Positions 1 to 12,619 of a DNA stretch of 20,000 nucleotides are shown here, piece by piece. The translations under genes and the position numbers were made by a program. Source of the stretch: Chiloscyllium plagiosum (Eukaryota). Numbering within the stretch: position 1 is the stretch's first letter; each line of letters starts with the position of its first letter. The stretch is taken from positions 40,707,563-40,727,562 of the forward strand of contig NC_057718.1 of NCBI RefSeq assembly GCF_004010195.1. Reading direction: 5' to 3'. The notes under the pieces were generated by a model. It saw nothing but the letters and a program-made list of their open reading frames with translations, had not been told where the DNA came from and ran no database searches.

Positions 1-134
1 ATGTCACCTCCCTGCAGTATGGAGCAACCTGTAAGCAAAAATGTTCAGGGGATTGCTGATCTTGAGAATCACATAAAGCTCTGTCCTTGCTCTGGTTTGA
101 GGGTCAGTGATTGCAGTGATCTAACTTGGAGATG

Positions 135-1015
135 CATAGAATCATAGAAAACGGGGAGGGGGTGTGGGGTGTGAATAGTCCATTTAGCCCTTTATTCTGC
201 TACACCTTCAAAATAATCATGGCTACTCATCCAACTCAGTACACTGCTCCCATTTTCTCCCCATACCCTTTGATCCCTTAAGCCTTAAGAACTATATCTA
301 ACTCCTTCTTGAAAACATGCAATATTTTATCCTCTACCATTTCCTGTGGCAGAAACTTCCACAGGCTCACCACACTCCAGCAGAAGGCCTTTCTCCTCAT
401 CCCTGTCCTAAATGGTGTACTCCATGCCTTCGACCTTGGGTTTTCGAATACCCTGTCATTGAGAACATGCTTTGTGCATTTACCCTGTCTAAACCTGTGA
501 GAATTTTGTAGCTTTTTATGAAATCTTCCTTCGTTCTTCTAAACTCCAGTGAATACAGTCCTAATCGATCCCGTCTCTATTCATATGTCAATCCTGCCAT
601 CCCAGGAATCAGGCTGGGAAACCTTTCTTGTAGTCTCTCCATAACCAGAACATCCTTCCTCAGCTAAGGAAGCCATAACTTCGTACAAAACTCCTCAAGG
701 CCATGTACACTTCCAGCAAGACATCCCTGCCCCTGTTCTTGAATCCTTTCACTAAGAAAGCCAATGTATCATTTACTACTTCACCTTCTGCTGCAGCTGC
801 ATGCTTACCTTCAGTGTCTGGTGTATGAGGACACCCAGGTCTCATTGCACCTCCCAATGTTCTAATCTGTCATCATTCAGATAATAATCAGTCTGCCTAA
901 TTTTGCTACCAAAGTGGATAATGCACGTTATACTTCATCTGTCCATTATCTCAACTTGTGCAAGCCACACTGAAACATTTATGCATTCTTCTCAGACTTC
1001 TTCTTCCCACCCAGC
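135..1015 (-). mobile_element. Decayed CR1-clade LINE 3' fragment (RT C-terminus and 3' UTR)
   Basis: Starts with catagaatcatagaa, the reverse complement of the CR1 (TTCTATGA)n tail. The minus-strand peptide GFKNRGRDVLLEVYMAL (ORF 660..857) resembles the post-RT CR1 motif 'xSREVLLxLYKAL'. Many indels; inner boundary approximate. Confidence 0.8.
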
Positions 1016-2507
1016 TTTGTGTCTGGGCTACATTATTTCCCACTGAAGTTAAGCTGCTGAATTGCTCCTTAGTGACTTCCCGTCTAAATTCTTAGTTTCT
1101 CCCTCCTCCCAGCTGTTCCTGCTCTCACCTGTCTTTTTGGATGATCCCCACATTCTGAAGTCCCAGACATAGATATACTAGACCACACATTACAGCGCTG
1201 AAATGCTTTCGCATGCAGATAAAATCAATGCACCACTAGGAAAACATTATCACAAGGGATCTGTAACCAGTTGAGAAATTAGGCAAGAACATACACAGAT
1301 TATATCTAGCAGGTTAACAGAACAACAGCAGTAAGCCTGAATGAAACAAATGTGGTCAAGTAGTGTTGTTGAAATGTCCTTCCATTTGTTCACACCATGA
1401 GATGTGAATGAGTTTATTGAAGCTGAGACAAGTTCTGGGGTAGCACAATAACATGAAGATGTCCTGTGAAAAGCCAGTAATACTGGAAAATGAGAGGTAC
1501 AGGTCTGGCTAATTTTGTACACTTCAAGAACACTCATTTCGCAGTATTAGTAATTTTTTAAACTTCCTCTTTTCTCTCTGAGCTACCAATGAAAGAACAT
1601 TATTTAGATATTTAAAGAGTTGTTCAATACTGTTGGTAGTTGTCTAAGTCAGTCTATGGAAGGACACAATCCAATATATACTTACCAGTGTGGAATGAGT
1701 TCTTACACTCTGTCTATCATTATGGAATTTCAGATAAGGTAAATGTATTTCACAATGGATTTCTACAGCCAGATCAACTTAACTGTTTTAATTTATTGTA
1801 CTTTAACACATCCCATGGTTTATAATCCCACAGTGTTACCATTTGCATTTTATGCTTGGTTTGAACAACATAAGTTATACATGTGTTAAAGCAATCCTGC
1901 AGTTCAGTGTGCTTACAAACCTTTTAAACTTTTCTTGCTTGGGGATCTCTGGCACTATCGTCAGTGCAATTTGAAATTTGCTACATTGCTTTATCTTACA
2001 TTTCTATTTTTGCATTTATACTGGATTTTGAATGCAAAGTATTTAGGTTTTTACCTTGTACACTCAAACTCATAATTCCACACTAACCAAACTTTAAAAT
2101 TATTTAAGACTTAATTAGCAAAACAGGCCCTTGAATGTATGAAAGGAATTTACACACAAATTAATGTCCAGATACAACAACAGTGACAGGATATCTGTTA
2201 ATTTTTCCACAGAGGCTTGTTATCTGTTGAAGAAAAATATCTTACTTTAAAGATCTGACTGATATGAAAGAGAATTTTAGGCAGATGAAAAAGACTGTGG
2301 TTTGCTGACTAGACATTGTTTTTCCCTCCTCTTCAGCAGCTTGCTTTATTTTGATATTTATGATTCAAAACGTTGAGCCAAGAATACATCTACTTCATGT
2401 CATGTAAATGCCAGTCTATGACCATTTCAATAAGAGAAATAATGACATTCAATAGCATCATCACTGGATCCTCCATCAATCAGAAATATTAACCAGCCAG
2501 CCATATA

Positions 2508-3133
2508 AAAATTGTGGTTACAAGAGCAGGTCAGAGGCTAGGAATTTTGCGAAAGAAGGGTTATACTTGAAATGTTGACTTCTTCACCTCCTGATGCTGC
2601 ATGACTTGCTGTGTTCTTCCACCATCCTGCTAGTTTATCTAATGTGAATATTCTCTATTTGCCTGGCTGAATGCAGCTCCAACAACACTTAAGAAACTAT
2701 ACATCATCCAGGATATCCCATTTCATCAGCACTCTATCTGCCACCTTGAGTATTAATTCGCTCTACTACTAAATACAGCAGCAGCACTGCGTACCATTTA
2801 TGAGATGATCTACTACAATTTACAAGCATCCGTTAACAACACCATCCAAACCTCCGATCTGAACCATCTGAAAGAACAAGGACAGCAGATGCATGGGAAT
2901 ACCATTGTCTGCAACTTCCCCTCCAACTCACGTACCATCCTGATTCGGAACTCTGTCACCATTCCTGCACTATGGCTGGATCATAATGCTGGAACTCACT
3001 GTAGTATTACTGTGCGTGTAGCTACACCTCATGTACAGCAACAGTTCAAGAAGGCAGCTCACACCCACCTTCTCAAGGGCACTTTGGAATAGCCAGCAAA
3101 GATTGACCTCATATCCCAACAATAAATGAAAAA
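2508..3133 (+). mobile_element. Decayed LINE (CR1/L2 group) 3' fragment, interrupted at about 2551-2640
   Basis: attgtggttacaagagcaggtcagaggctaggaattttgcg encodes IVVTRAGQRLGILR, an RT C-terminal motif. The 3' UTR (cagttcaagaaggcagctcacacccaccttctcaagggca...aaatgaaaaaa) resembles 16945-17120. Confidence 0.7.
2551..2640 (+). mobile_element. Penelope-type terminal-repeat fragment with degenerate hammerhead-like head
   Basis: gaaagaagggttatacttgaaatgttgact...gatgctgcatgacttgctgtgttcttcc has the same layout as 18398-18496 and 13990-14062. Confidence 0.6.
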
Positions 3134-4781
3134 AGGCTTCTCTAATTTTACATTCAAAAAATTGCTTGGACACTTGCTAAAAAGAATTTGGCAGTGAACT
3201 GATTCTTTGTACACATTGTTACATTTAATGGAGATGTTTTCAGTCCTTTGTCCATAAGACCTTGAACTCAGATCGTCAAATTAACTCCTATGCTTTATTG
3301 CCAACTTTGCATTTCAGCAAAGCAGCAATTGTTCCACATTAATTTGAAAATAATGACAGAGTGGCAGTCTTACTTGAAAAGGGAAATTGATTTAAATTGG
3401 ACTGCAAGTGCAAACTAAACCACCAGATGCCACACTTTGACAAGCTGAGCAGGGTAGTTAAAAAAAAATCTACTTATCATTGTTCTTAATTAGATTCTCT
3501 CAGTAACACCTGTAACACATCCAAACATTGAACACTGTTCAGGAAATTGCAATCTTAAGTAGTATGTGGTATTATATATTAAGAGAGTGCTGTTTGAATT
3601 GCATCAAAACCATATAATTCTTTCTATCCCATGACTGCACGTATTTGTTTCTTTGTTGTGAAAGCACATTCCATGGGACGTAAAAGGCCATACTAATGAA
3701 TGTATCCAAGAGCATCTCAGTCACAATATATGCTTTCTCCTCCTTGTCTTTAGTCCGGCATTCCAATGCAAAGTCTTGCTATTGGTTACATTGAGCAAAG
3801 TGCCGAAGTTAACAATATTGAAAACTTCTAGGGATATAGCAAAGCTACTTTTGTGTGGCCCGAATACAAAAACATTGCCTGAGCACTCCAAATGTTAACT
3901 GGAAGAGCACCATCATCTGGCACAGATGTCTTTATGCATGCACAGTTTCAATATAAAACTGGAATTTGAATAAATCAGCATAGTTCTGAACTTTTGAATG
4001 TGAACAAGCATGGTTTTGAGTTGGCTCATGTGAGGATGCACATTTTTCTGTTCAAGAACAAGGATTATTAGGAGGCACACGAATTTACCTATAGTTACCT
4101 GGAAGTCTGAGGCTTAGTGCATTGGTCCTCAATTAATTCTAAGAACTTATTTCTCATGTGACTTATTGGTTGTGTTACCATTGTAATGGGAGGAAGTTGC
4201 GGGCGATCAAGTTCCACAATTCCATACTCTTATAAATGTTGTGATTCAATCACCAAAACGGTCAATTGTTTCCCTTTTGCTGTCCAGAGTAAAAGACACT
4301 TTTGTCAGGCTTCTTTAATCCCTTTACCACATGACATACCTCATTCTTAAATCAAATGGCAAAACTGGGTTATATCTGAAATTAGAACGAAGACACACAC
4401 AAGTTAACAAAGACATTGCAGAGGCGATATTCCAAAAAGTGTAAAAAGAAAACACATGAATCATCCAATGGTTTGAAAACTATAAGGTACAACTTGATGA
4501 ATTCTCATAGTCCACTAGGATTCTCTTCATGAAACTGAATTGTTGAGAGCCATAACTTTAGAACATCTTCCAATCAAGGCTTCGGTTTGGATGGAAATCA
4601 GGCTGAATCTAAATTTTTGGTTGGTTACCATAGTTCAGCTTTCCATGGTTTACAAGGTAATCAAGTTACCAAGATGTGGAAACTCCCTCAGATTCCCAAG
4701 GAAGAAAGGGAATTATAGCCTTATAGCAGTTTTGAAGATTTTCTTCTGTTTGACCATATATTTAAAACTGTTTAATTTATT

Positions 4782-5680
4782 TGTTATATATTAATACCAA
4801 TTTTGGAATTTTGATTTTAATATTAAGTCATATGGGTGATAGTTACTTTTGTGAAAAGTGTTCTTTAAAGGAAAAACTCAGTGTCCTTCTGAAACAGTGA
4901 CCAAATTAAGTACGTGTCAGAGAACAGGTGACTGTTAGGAGAGGCCTTGAAGTGTTAACAGAAATTGTTTATATTGTAGTAATTTACAACATGGGAGGGT
5001 AAACATTGAAGGTTGTTAGCTTGTTTTTCATTCAGAACAATCAATTAATCATTCATAACAATGATTTTTGTTTAGAAAACCGAGAAATTGAAAGTTTTGA
5101 AGCAAGTTTGGAAGAGGCTTGACTGGGATCAGAAACAATTATAATTTTCTCTCATTAAAGAATTAGAGGATGGTTGAGGGAAAACACAGTCACCTCAGTA
5201 CAAAACCTTCATTTTTGCAGTGACCAAACACAGGGTTTGGTTAGAAAGCTGCAGGTTATTAGAAGCTGGGAAAATCTAAGCTCTCAGATTGTGCATACTT
5301 TTGGAAGAATATGCCACAGCTCACAGCAAACAAACTGGGTGAATCAGTTGCATAACATTTAGCATGTTAACAGAGAGGTGTAATTTCTCTTTTTTTAAAT
5401 CCCTGAAATGGAGTGCAGGGTAATAGGTTGAAACTTGGTTTTAGTGTATGCTTAAGATATTTCAGTGTTCAATATTTTGATAACTTGGTTTTTACTTATT
5501 TTATGTTGTGTAATAAACATTTTTTTTGTGTTGTTGGAAAAATTCTGTGGTCTTGTGTGACTCTGTTTCTGTGACTGTCCACCACTACAAATAAACTAAT
5601 TTTAAAAAACACATGATATATCAAGCCTGATTTCATTCAGGAAATTGACCTGTTCAGTAGTCCAGCTGGTATCCAAGGTG
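4782..5680 (+). mobile_element. Possible old solo-LTR-like repeat
   Basis: AATAAA at about 5511, followed by atcaagcctgatttcattcaggaaattgacctgttcagtagtccagctgg, which I recall as the end of a shark LTR-like repeat. Boundaries are uncertain. Confidence 0.3.
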
Positions 5681-6300
5681 TATGAAACAGAAATCAAATC
5701 CAAAAAGGTAGCTAGGCAACCATCAGTACAGGGATCCCCTAGTTTCTTCCAAAGCTAGCTTTTCCAGTTAGTAAGGACAATAAATCACATTTCTTATGTC
5801 CCTGAAAGCTTTGCTGGGCTATTTTTCCAAAGTCACTTGACTGTAATTAGCAGCTGAATCAAATTCATATTAAATTGTTGATCTCATTTCAAAGACTATT
5901 TCATGGCTTCCCTTCAAACTTTGGTAGAAATGCTATTTAATTCAGGAAGTGTCAAAATATTTCAATAGTTTCCAGTTTTTTATATAGTTCACAAGTATTC
6001 CCAACAGAAGTTGGATTCCATTTCTTTCCTCAAATCCACTGTTATCTGTTTTCACGTTGTCTATCTGCTATCATCATTTGGTCATCAACAACATCATAGG
6101 TGTCAATTGTTACTGCACCCACATAGCTGCTACCATATTGGAAAGTGTAAATGCCAACTCACAAAATCTTCAGCTACACCAAGGAAACAATGTTGCTACC
6201 CAAAATTTGGTTATACTCCCCAAACTGAAATGAGGATCATAACCTTTAATTGTCTACTGTCTTAAAAAAATGCTTACACAATGAAGACGAGCTCAGCTAT

Positions 6301-6695
6301 TCAAGATGGCAGCACCGGCACTGTATACCTGTCCGGTCCAGGCTAGACATACTCATTATCTCTCCTTTTGTCTTTTAAGCTTTTCTTCTGCTTTTATTCA
6401 ATTTCCTGATATTACGGGGAGGCTGGAGCAGAGGTGGTTTTGACTGGAATGGGGACTCATTGCTCCGAAAGTCCGATGTATGACCTTCTGGGTTTGGCGA
6501 AGAGATGTTGGCTGCAGCAATGGCAGACCATGGCTCTGGGCGGTCTAGAGCAGAGACTTACAGAGACCTTGCATAGGTCCTGGAGCTATGTTTGGGACCT
6601 GGCTGATTCTTCTGTACTTCAAAATGGCGCCAGATTATGGTGATAGAACACTTTTCACTGTATCTCCCGAGAATTATGTGACAATAAATCATTCA
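6301..6695 (+). mobile_element. Unclassified short non-autonomous retroelement
   Basis: Begins caagatggc and ends tgtgacaataaatcattca. Its 3' part (ttcaaaatgg...tgtga...aatcattca) resembles 15244-15547. Confidence 0.45.
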
Positions 6696-6996
6696 AGCAA
6701 GTACTTGATTTACAAAATCATATTTTATAAGGAGAATTAATCTTCATTTGACACATAATGAGATTCAATGCCTGCCTTTTGACCATAGTAAAGTTAAAGG
6801 GTTTGAATGAACGGTGAATGGACTGTTCAAAGATGATCAGTCATGAGTAACAAATAATATTACTTGTTAAAGAGCAGACTTTCTGCCAGATGCTATCTGT
6901 GTACAATACATTGTTGAAGTAGACATTAAGAAATTATTCAGCCATTGGATATATAGCAGTACTTATGTTTCCTCTATATACATATTGGGGTGGTCC

Positions 6997-7030
6997 TATA
7001 TATATATATTATATATACATGTGTGTGTAT
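6997..7030. repeat. (TA)n/(TG)n microsatellite
   Basis: tatatatatatatattatatatacatgtgtgtgtat seen directly. Confidence 0.85.
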
Positions 7031-7879
7031 AAATATATTTGACATGAGCACATATGACCCCATACCAGATGCTGGCACTGGGCCGGTGCTCAGTCTTCCA
7101 GTCTTCTTGGTTTTTCTTCATTTTCTGCCAACTTGTGGATGTGCAATGTGACAGGTCTGCAATGGAAAGGCTGTACAGTTTTAAGGTCCCAACTGTTCCC
7201 ACAAAAGCATGTTTGACAAGCTCAGTCCAGATGCACACAAGCAAGTTAATAAATCCTCAGGGTTTAGGATTCTCACAGCTTTGGCCATTAACAATCTCAA
7301 CACTTTCCAAGCCAGAGGAAACCAGCAGTAGGTGAGAATAATAGTCTTCATAGAAATTGGGAACAATATCATGCTTGGAGTTTCTTTAACTGTGCTCTCT
7401 GTTTACTGACATCCAATCACTGAAAGTACAAAAACACTGCCTGCAACAGGGCAGGGAGATTCTCAGCCTATGACTCCTCACAAATTTACTCACTTCACCT
7501 TTTTAGTAATCACTTCCACCATGAGCAAAATATGGACCTATGAGAGACACTTAAATGCATCACTCCTTGTAGATATTAAAAGGTTAACTGCTGTTAAGAG
7601 TACATCTCAGAAGACATTACTAGGTGAAATTAAAAAAGTACATCAGTGGCAACTTTAGAAATCAGTTACATAGTATTTCAGATGTTATCTCAGATCCAGC
7701 TTTAAGGAGCTTAAGTGCCAGTCAAGAGATTAGAATATGGAGCCAGAGGATTTGCTAAGATCTCTGTGCCATTCAGTTTAAAGGTGATTATGGAAATTTG
7801 CTTCAAAGGCAATGCTGTCTGATTGTCTAGGAACTCGGTGTAGATGGTCTTGGGAAATCCACAGAGTAATTAAAAAAGT

Positions 7880-8460
7880 GAAAAGCAATTTCACATGCTG
7901 GAAATCTGAAATAAAAGCAGAAAATGATGGAAAACCTTTGCAGGCCGGACACTATTTGTGGAGGGAGACACAGAGTTCAGGTCAGTGAGCTTTCATCAGA
8001 ATTAAGGCAAGTTAGAGTCGTGTTTGGCTTTAAGCGAATGAAGGGGGAATGATGAAGAAAAATGCTAAAGGGGAGATTGTGATAACAGGAAGTGCAGGAG
8101 CAGTGACAAAAGAGTTGGTGGTGCAACACCAAAGGGATTGTTAAATGGGCAAGGAATAAGTGACGTTTCTAGAGGAGCAAATTAGTGTAGATGCTGGAAT
8201 CTGTACGAAAACAAAAATGCTGGAAATCACAGCAGATTAGGCAGCATCCGTGGATTGAGAGCAAGCTAATGTTTCAAGTTGAGATAACTCCTCATCCTAC
8301 TTCTCGAGAGGAGTGTGAATGGCAAAATGGTGGATAGCTGCTCTCCAAAAGAGAAAACAGAAACAAGAGAACAACCAAAACCAAAAACGAAGACAACATG
8401 GCAAGAGAGGTTATGTGTGATATAGTTGAATGCTGTGTTGAGTTCAGAAGAGCACCTCGT
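7880..8460 (-). mobile_element. Penelope-like element 3' fragment (GIY-YIG tail remnant and terminal repeat)
   Basis: Minus-strand SSELNTAFNYI (about 8420-8455) resembles the PLE GIY-YIG end 'PxGLNxEFxxF'. It is followed by a pyrimidine-rich UTR and tctgatgaaagctcactgacctgaactctg, homologous to 13991-14027. Confidence 0.6.
8178..8300 (-). mobile_element. Nested Penelope-type terminal-repeat fragment with hammerhead-like head
   Basis: Minus strand reads ggatgag-gagtt-atctc-aactt-gaaacatt...gatgctgcctaatctgctgtgatttccagca. Flanks ttctagaggag (8167-8177) and ttctcgagaggag (8301-8313) are a possible target-site duplication. Confidence 0.55.
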
Positions 8461-8564
8461 CAAAGTAATTTACCTGCTGCATAAGAATGGAACAGAAATA
8501 CAATTTCATTTAATTACTGGAGAGTGAATTACAATAAGTACATTGAATTAGAATTTTCTTTACG

Positions 8565-9203
8565 ATTTCAAACAAGTATGCTGTTTTGAAAAATGTAGGG
8601 GGTGATGGATTCTCAGTGGAACATAACACGAACAGCCAACTTTCTGGTATTGAGACTGGCTCTAAAGCAATGAGGGATACCTCAGGTTCCAAGAGATCAA
8701 TTGTGTTAGGGGATTCTCTAGCCAGAGGTACAGACAGATGTTTCTGTGGCCAGCAGCAAAAAAACAGAATGGTGTGTTGCTTCCCTGGTGCCAGGATCAA
8801 GGATGTCTCAGAGAGGGTGCAGAATGTTCTCAAGGGGGAGAGGGGTCAGCAGGAAGTCATTGTCCACATTGGGACCAATGATATAGAAGGGAAAAAGGTT
8901 GAGATTCTGAAGGGAGAGTACAGAGAGTTAGGCAGGAATTTAAAAAGGAGGTCCTTGAGAATAGTAACATCTGGATTACCCCCAGTGCTATGAGCTAGTG
9001 AGGACAGGAATAGGAGGATACAGCAGATGAATTCATGGTTGAGGAGCTGGGTGTGTGGGAGAAGGATTCACATTTTTGGATCATTGGAAGCACTTTGGAT
9101 AGAAGTGACCTGTACAAGAAGGATGGTTGCACTTAAATTGGAAAGGAACTAATATACAGGCAGGGAAATTTGCTCGAGCTGCTCGAGAGGGTTTAGATTA
9201 GTA
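8565..9203 (+). pseudogene. CR1 ORF1 remnant, SGNH/GDSL esterase domain
   Basis: Motifs VLGDSLARG, CFPGARIKDV, VHIGTND and DLYKKDG.HLNWKG (about 9106-9148). In-frame stop at 8991-8993 and frameshifts downstream. Confidence 0.88.
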
Positions 9204-9822
9204 AGGCGGGTATGGCGGCCCAGAGAGATAGTGAGGGAAGCGATCAATCTGAAACTGGTGCAGTTGAGAACAAAGGTGAGTCAAACAATCAGGGCAGGCA
9301 GGAACAAAGCAGAGAACAAGGTTGGACTGATAAATTAAATTGCCTTTATTTCAATGTAAAAGGCCTAATAGGGAAGGCAGATGAACTCAGGGCATGGTTA
9401 AATACATGGGACAGGAATATCATAGCAATTACAGAAACATGGCTCAGGGATGGACAGGACTGGCAGCTTAATGTTCCAGGTTCCAAAGCTACAGGAAGAA
9501 CAGAAAGGGAGGCAAGAGAGGAGGGGGAGTGGCATTTTTGATAAGGGATAGCATTACAGCTGTGCTGGGGGAGGATATTCCCGGAAATATATTCAGGGAA
9601 GTTATTTGGATGGAACTGAGAAATAAGAAAGAGATGATTACCTTATTGGGATTGTAGTATAGACCCCCTAATAGTCAGAGGGAAATTGAGAAACAAATTT
9701 GCAAGGAGATCTCAGTTATCTGTAACAATAATTGGGTGGTTATGGTAGGGGATTTTAACTTTCCAAACCTAGACTGGGACTGCCATAGTGTTAAGGATTT
9801 AGATGGAGAGGAATTTGTTAAG

Positions 9823-10136
9823 ATTAGATTAGATTTGTCTACTTATAGTGTGGAAACAGACCCTTCGGTCCAACAAGTCCACACCGACCCTCTGAAGAGC
9901 AACCCACCCAGTCCCATTCTCCTATGTTTACCCCTGACTAATGTACCTAACACTATGGGCAATTTAGCATGGCCAATTCACCTACACTGCACATCTTTGG
10001 ACTGTGGGAAGAAACCAGAGTACCCAGAGGAAACATACGCAGACACGGGGAGAACGTGCAAACTCCACACACACAGTTGCCCGAGGTGGGAATTGAACCC
10101 GGATCTCTGGCACTGTGAGGCAGCAGTGCTAACCAC
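9823..10136 (-). mobile_element. HE1-like V-SINE inserted antisense in CR1 ORF2
   Basis: Minus strand shows a tRNA-like head (cagtggttagcactgctgcctcacag; B box ggttcaattcc), a V-domain (gtgtggagtttgcacgttctccccgtgtctgcg), a LINE-derived tail and a (TAATC)n end. It splits the ORF2 peptide EEFVK|CVQE. Confidence 0.92.
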
Positions 10137-11732
10137 TGTGTACAAGAAAAATTTCTGATTCAGTATGTGGATGTACCGACTAGAGACGGTGCAAAACTTG
10201 ACCTACTCTTGAGAAATAAGGCAGGGCATTTGTCTGAGGTATCAGTGGGGGAGCACTTTGGGGCCCGCGACCATAATTCTATTAGTTTTTAAATAGTGAT
10301 GGAAAGAGATAGACCAGATCTAAAAGTTGAAGTTCTAATTTGGAGAAAGGCTAATTTAGATGATAATAGGCAAGAACTTTCAAAAGCTGAATGGGGGAAG
10401 ATGTTCGCAGGTAAGGGAATGGCTGAAAACTGGGAAGCCTTCAGAAATGAGATAACGAGAATCCAGAGACAGTATATTCCTGTTAGGATGAAAGGAAAGG
10501 CTGGTAGGTATAGAGAATGCTGGATGACTAAAGAAATTGAGGGTTTGGTTAAGAAAAAGAAGGAAGCATATGTAATGTATAGACAGGATAGATTGAGTGA
10601 ATCCTTAGAAGAGTATAAAGACAGTAGGAATATACTTAAGAGGGAAATCAGGAGGGCAAAAAAGGGGACATGAGATAACTTTGGCAAATAGAATTAAGGA
10701 GAATTCAAAGGGATTTTACAAATAGATTAAGGACAAAAGTGTAACTAGGGAGAGAATAGGGCCCCTCAAAGATCAGCAAGACGGCCTTTGTGTGGAGCCA
10801 CAGGAAATGGGTGAGATACTAAATGAATATTTTGCATCAGTATTTACTGTGGAAAAGGACATGGAAGATATAGAATGTATGGAAATAGATGGTGACATCT
10901 TGAAAATTGTCCATATTACAGAGGAGGAAGTGTTGGATGTCTTGAAATGCATAAAAGTGGATAAATCCCCAGGAACCAAACAGGTGTACCCTAGAACTCT
11001 ATTGGAAGCTAGGGAGTGATTGCTGGGGCTTCTTACTGAGATATATATATATCATCGATAGTCACAGGTGAGATGCCGGAAGACTGGAGGTTTGCTAACA
11101 TGGTGCCACTGTTTAGGAAAGGTGGTAAATGAGCTTGATATCGGTGGTGCATAAGTTGTTGGAGGGAATCTTGAGGGACAGGATGTACATGTATTTGGAA
11201 AGGCAAGGACTGATTAGGGATAGTCATCATGGCTTTGTGCATGGGAAGTCATGTCTCACAAACTTGATTGAGTTTTTTGAAGAAGTAGCAAAGAGGATTG
11301 ATGAGTGGCAGTATGGACTTCAGTAAGGCGTTTGACAAGGTTCCCCATGGGAGACTGGTTAGCAAGGTTAGATCTCATGGAATACAGGAAGAACTAGCCA
11401 TTTGGATACAGAACTGGCTCAAAGATAGAAGACAGAGGATGGTGGTGGAGGGTTGGTTTTCAGACTGAAAGCCTGTGACCAGAAGGATCAGTGCTGGGTC
11501 CACTATTTGTCATCATTTATATAAATGATTTGGATGTGAGCACAAGAGGTATAGTTAGTAAGTTTGCAGATGACACCAAAATTGGAGGTGTAGTGGACAG
11601 CGAAGAAAGTTACCTCAGATTACAATGGGATCTTGGTCAAATGGGTCAATGGGCTAAGAAGTGGCAGATGGAGTTTAATTTAGATAAATGTGAGGCGCTG
11701 CATTTTGGGAAAGCAAATTTTAGCAGGACTTA

Positions 11733-11866
11733 NNNNNNNNNNNNNNNNNNNNNNNNNNNNNNNNNNNNNNNNNNNNNNNNNNNNNNNNNNNNNNNNNNNN
11801 NNNNNNNNNNNNNNNNNNNNNNNNNNNNNNNNNNNNNNNNNNNNNNNNNNNNNNNNNNNNNNNNNN
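11733..11866. other. Assembly gap (N run)
   Basis: Run of N within CR1 ORF2. Confidence 0.99.
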
Positions 11867-12520
11867 AAGATGTTGACAGGGTTGGAGGATTTGAGCTACA
11901 GGGAGAGGCTGAACAGGCTGGGGCTGTTTTCCCTGGAGCATCGGAGGCTGAGGGGTGACCTTATAGATGTTTATAAAATCATGAGGGGCATGGATAGGAT
12001 AAATAGACAAAGTCTTTTCCCTGGGGTGCGGGTGTCCAGAGCTAGAGTGCATAGGTTTAGGGTGAGAGGGAAAAAGATATAAAAGGAACCTAAGGGACAA
12101 CATTTTCATGCAGAGGGTGATACGGGTATGGAATGAACTGCCAGAGGAAGTGGTGGAAGTTGGTACAATTGCAACATTTAAAAGGCATCTGGATGGGTAT
12201 ATAAATAGGAAGGGTTTGGAGGGATATGGGCTGGGTGCTGGCAGGTGGGACTAGATTGGGTTGGGATATCTGGTCGGCATGGACAAGTTGGACCGAAGGG
12301 TCTGTTTCTGTGCTGTACATCTCTATGACTCTATGACTCTATATCTTCACTTTCTTGAACTGTCATGGATCACCAGTAAATCGAAGAGATTTCCCTCACT
12401 AAATGATTGAAGTAATTTCCAGGCTTGCTGTAATTTTGTTCTCTCATTTAGAAGTTGAAGCAGAGGTCAAATGCTCTCAATAGATGGGTACATGAGCCTC
12501 AGTTATAGGCATAAGATATA

Positions 12521-12617
12521 CACAGAGGAGCCTCGATTATCCAGCATTTGATTAACCAGATTTTGGATTATCTGAACAAGATCGTGAGGCCCTGATGCTT
12601 GGCTAACTATGTTATCC
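12521..12617 (+). mobile_element. Left end of a Tigger/pogo-like (Tc1-mariner) MITE, truncated by a Penelope insertion
   Basis: cagaggagcctcgattatcc just after TA resembles Tigger-type TIRs. Internal gattatc/gattaacc subrepeats are present; no right TIR was found. Confidence 0.5.
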
Positions 12618-12619
12618 AT

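Larger units (their letters stand above)
9330..12205 (+). pseudogene. CR1 ORF2 remnant, APE endonuclease and reverse transcriptase
   Basis: Endonuclease motifs CLYFN..L..K.DEL, IAITETWL, GDFNFP and DHNSI. RT motifs KSPG, HGFVHGKSCLTNL, DFSKAFDKV, GSVLGP, KFADDTK (11560-11580) and RLRGDLI. Broken by stops, frameshifts, deletions, a SINE and an N gap. Confidence 0.92.
8562..12342 (+). mobile_element. CR1 LINE (HER1-like), 5'-truncated and inactivated
   Basis: Esterase ORF1, endonuclease and RT motifs in the correct order, a 3' UTR hairpin ggacc-gaag-ggtct and a (CTCTATGA)n octamer tail at 12321-12342. Confidence 0.95.

Noticed and set aside
10080..10136. tRNA-like sequence with A and B boxes
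   Set aside because: It is the head of a SINE, not a tRNA gene.
9736..10158. 140-aa ORF suggesting an endonuclease fusion protein
   Set aside because: Chance read-through of an antisense SINE; it exits out of frame with ORF2.
8562..12342. RT next to repeats as a prokaryotic retron, DGR or CRISPR-RT system
   Set aside because: The RT is a vertebrate CR1 type, and there is no repeat-spacer array or operon structure in the window.
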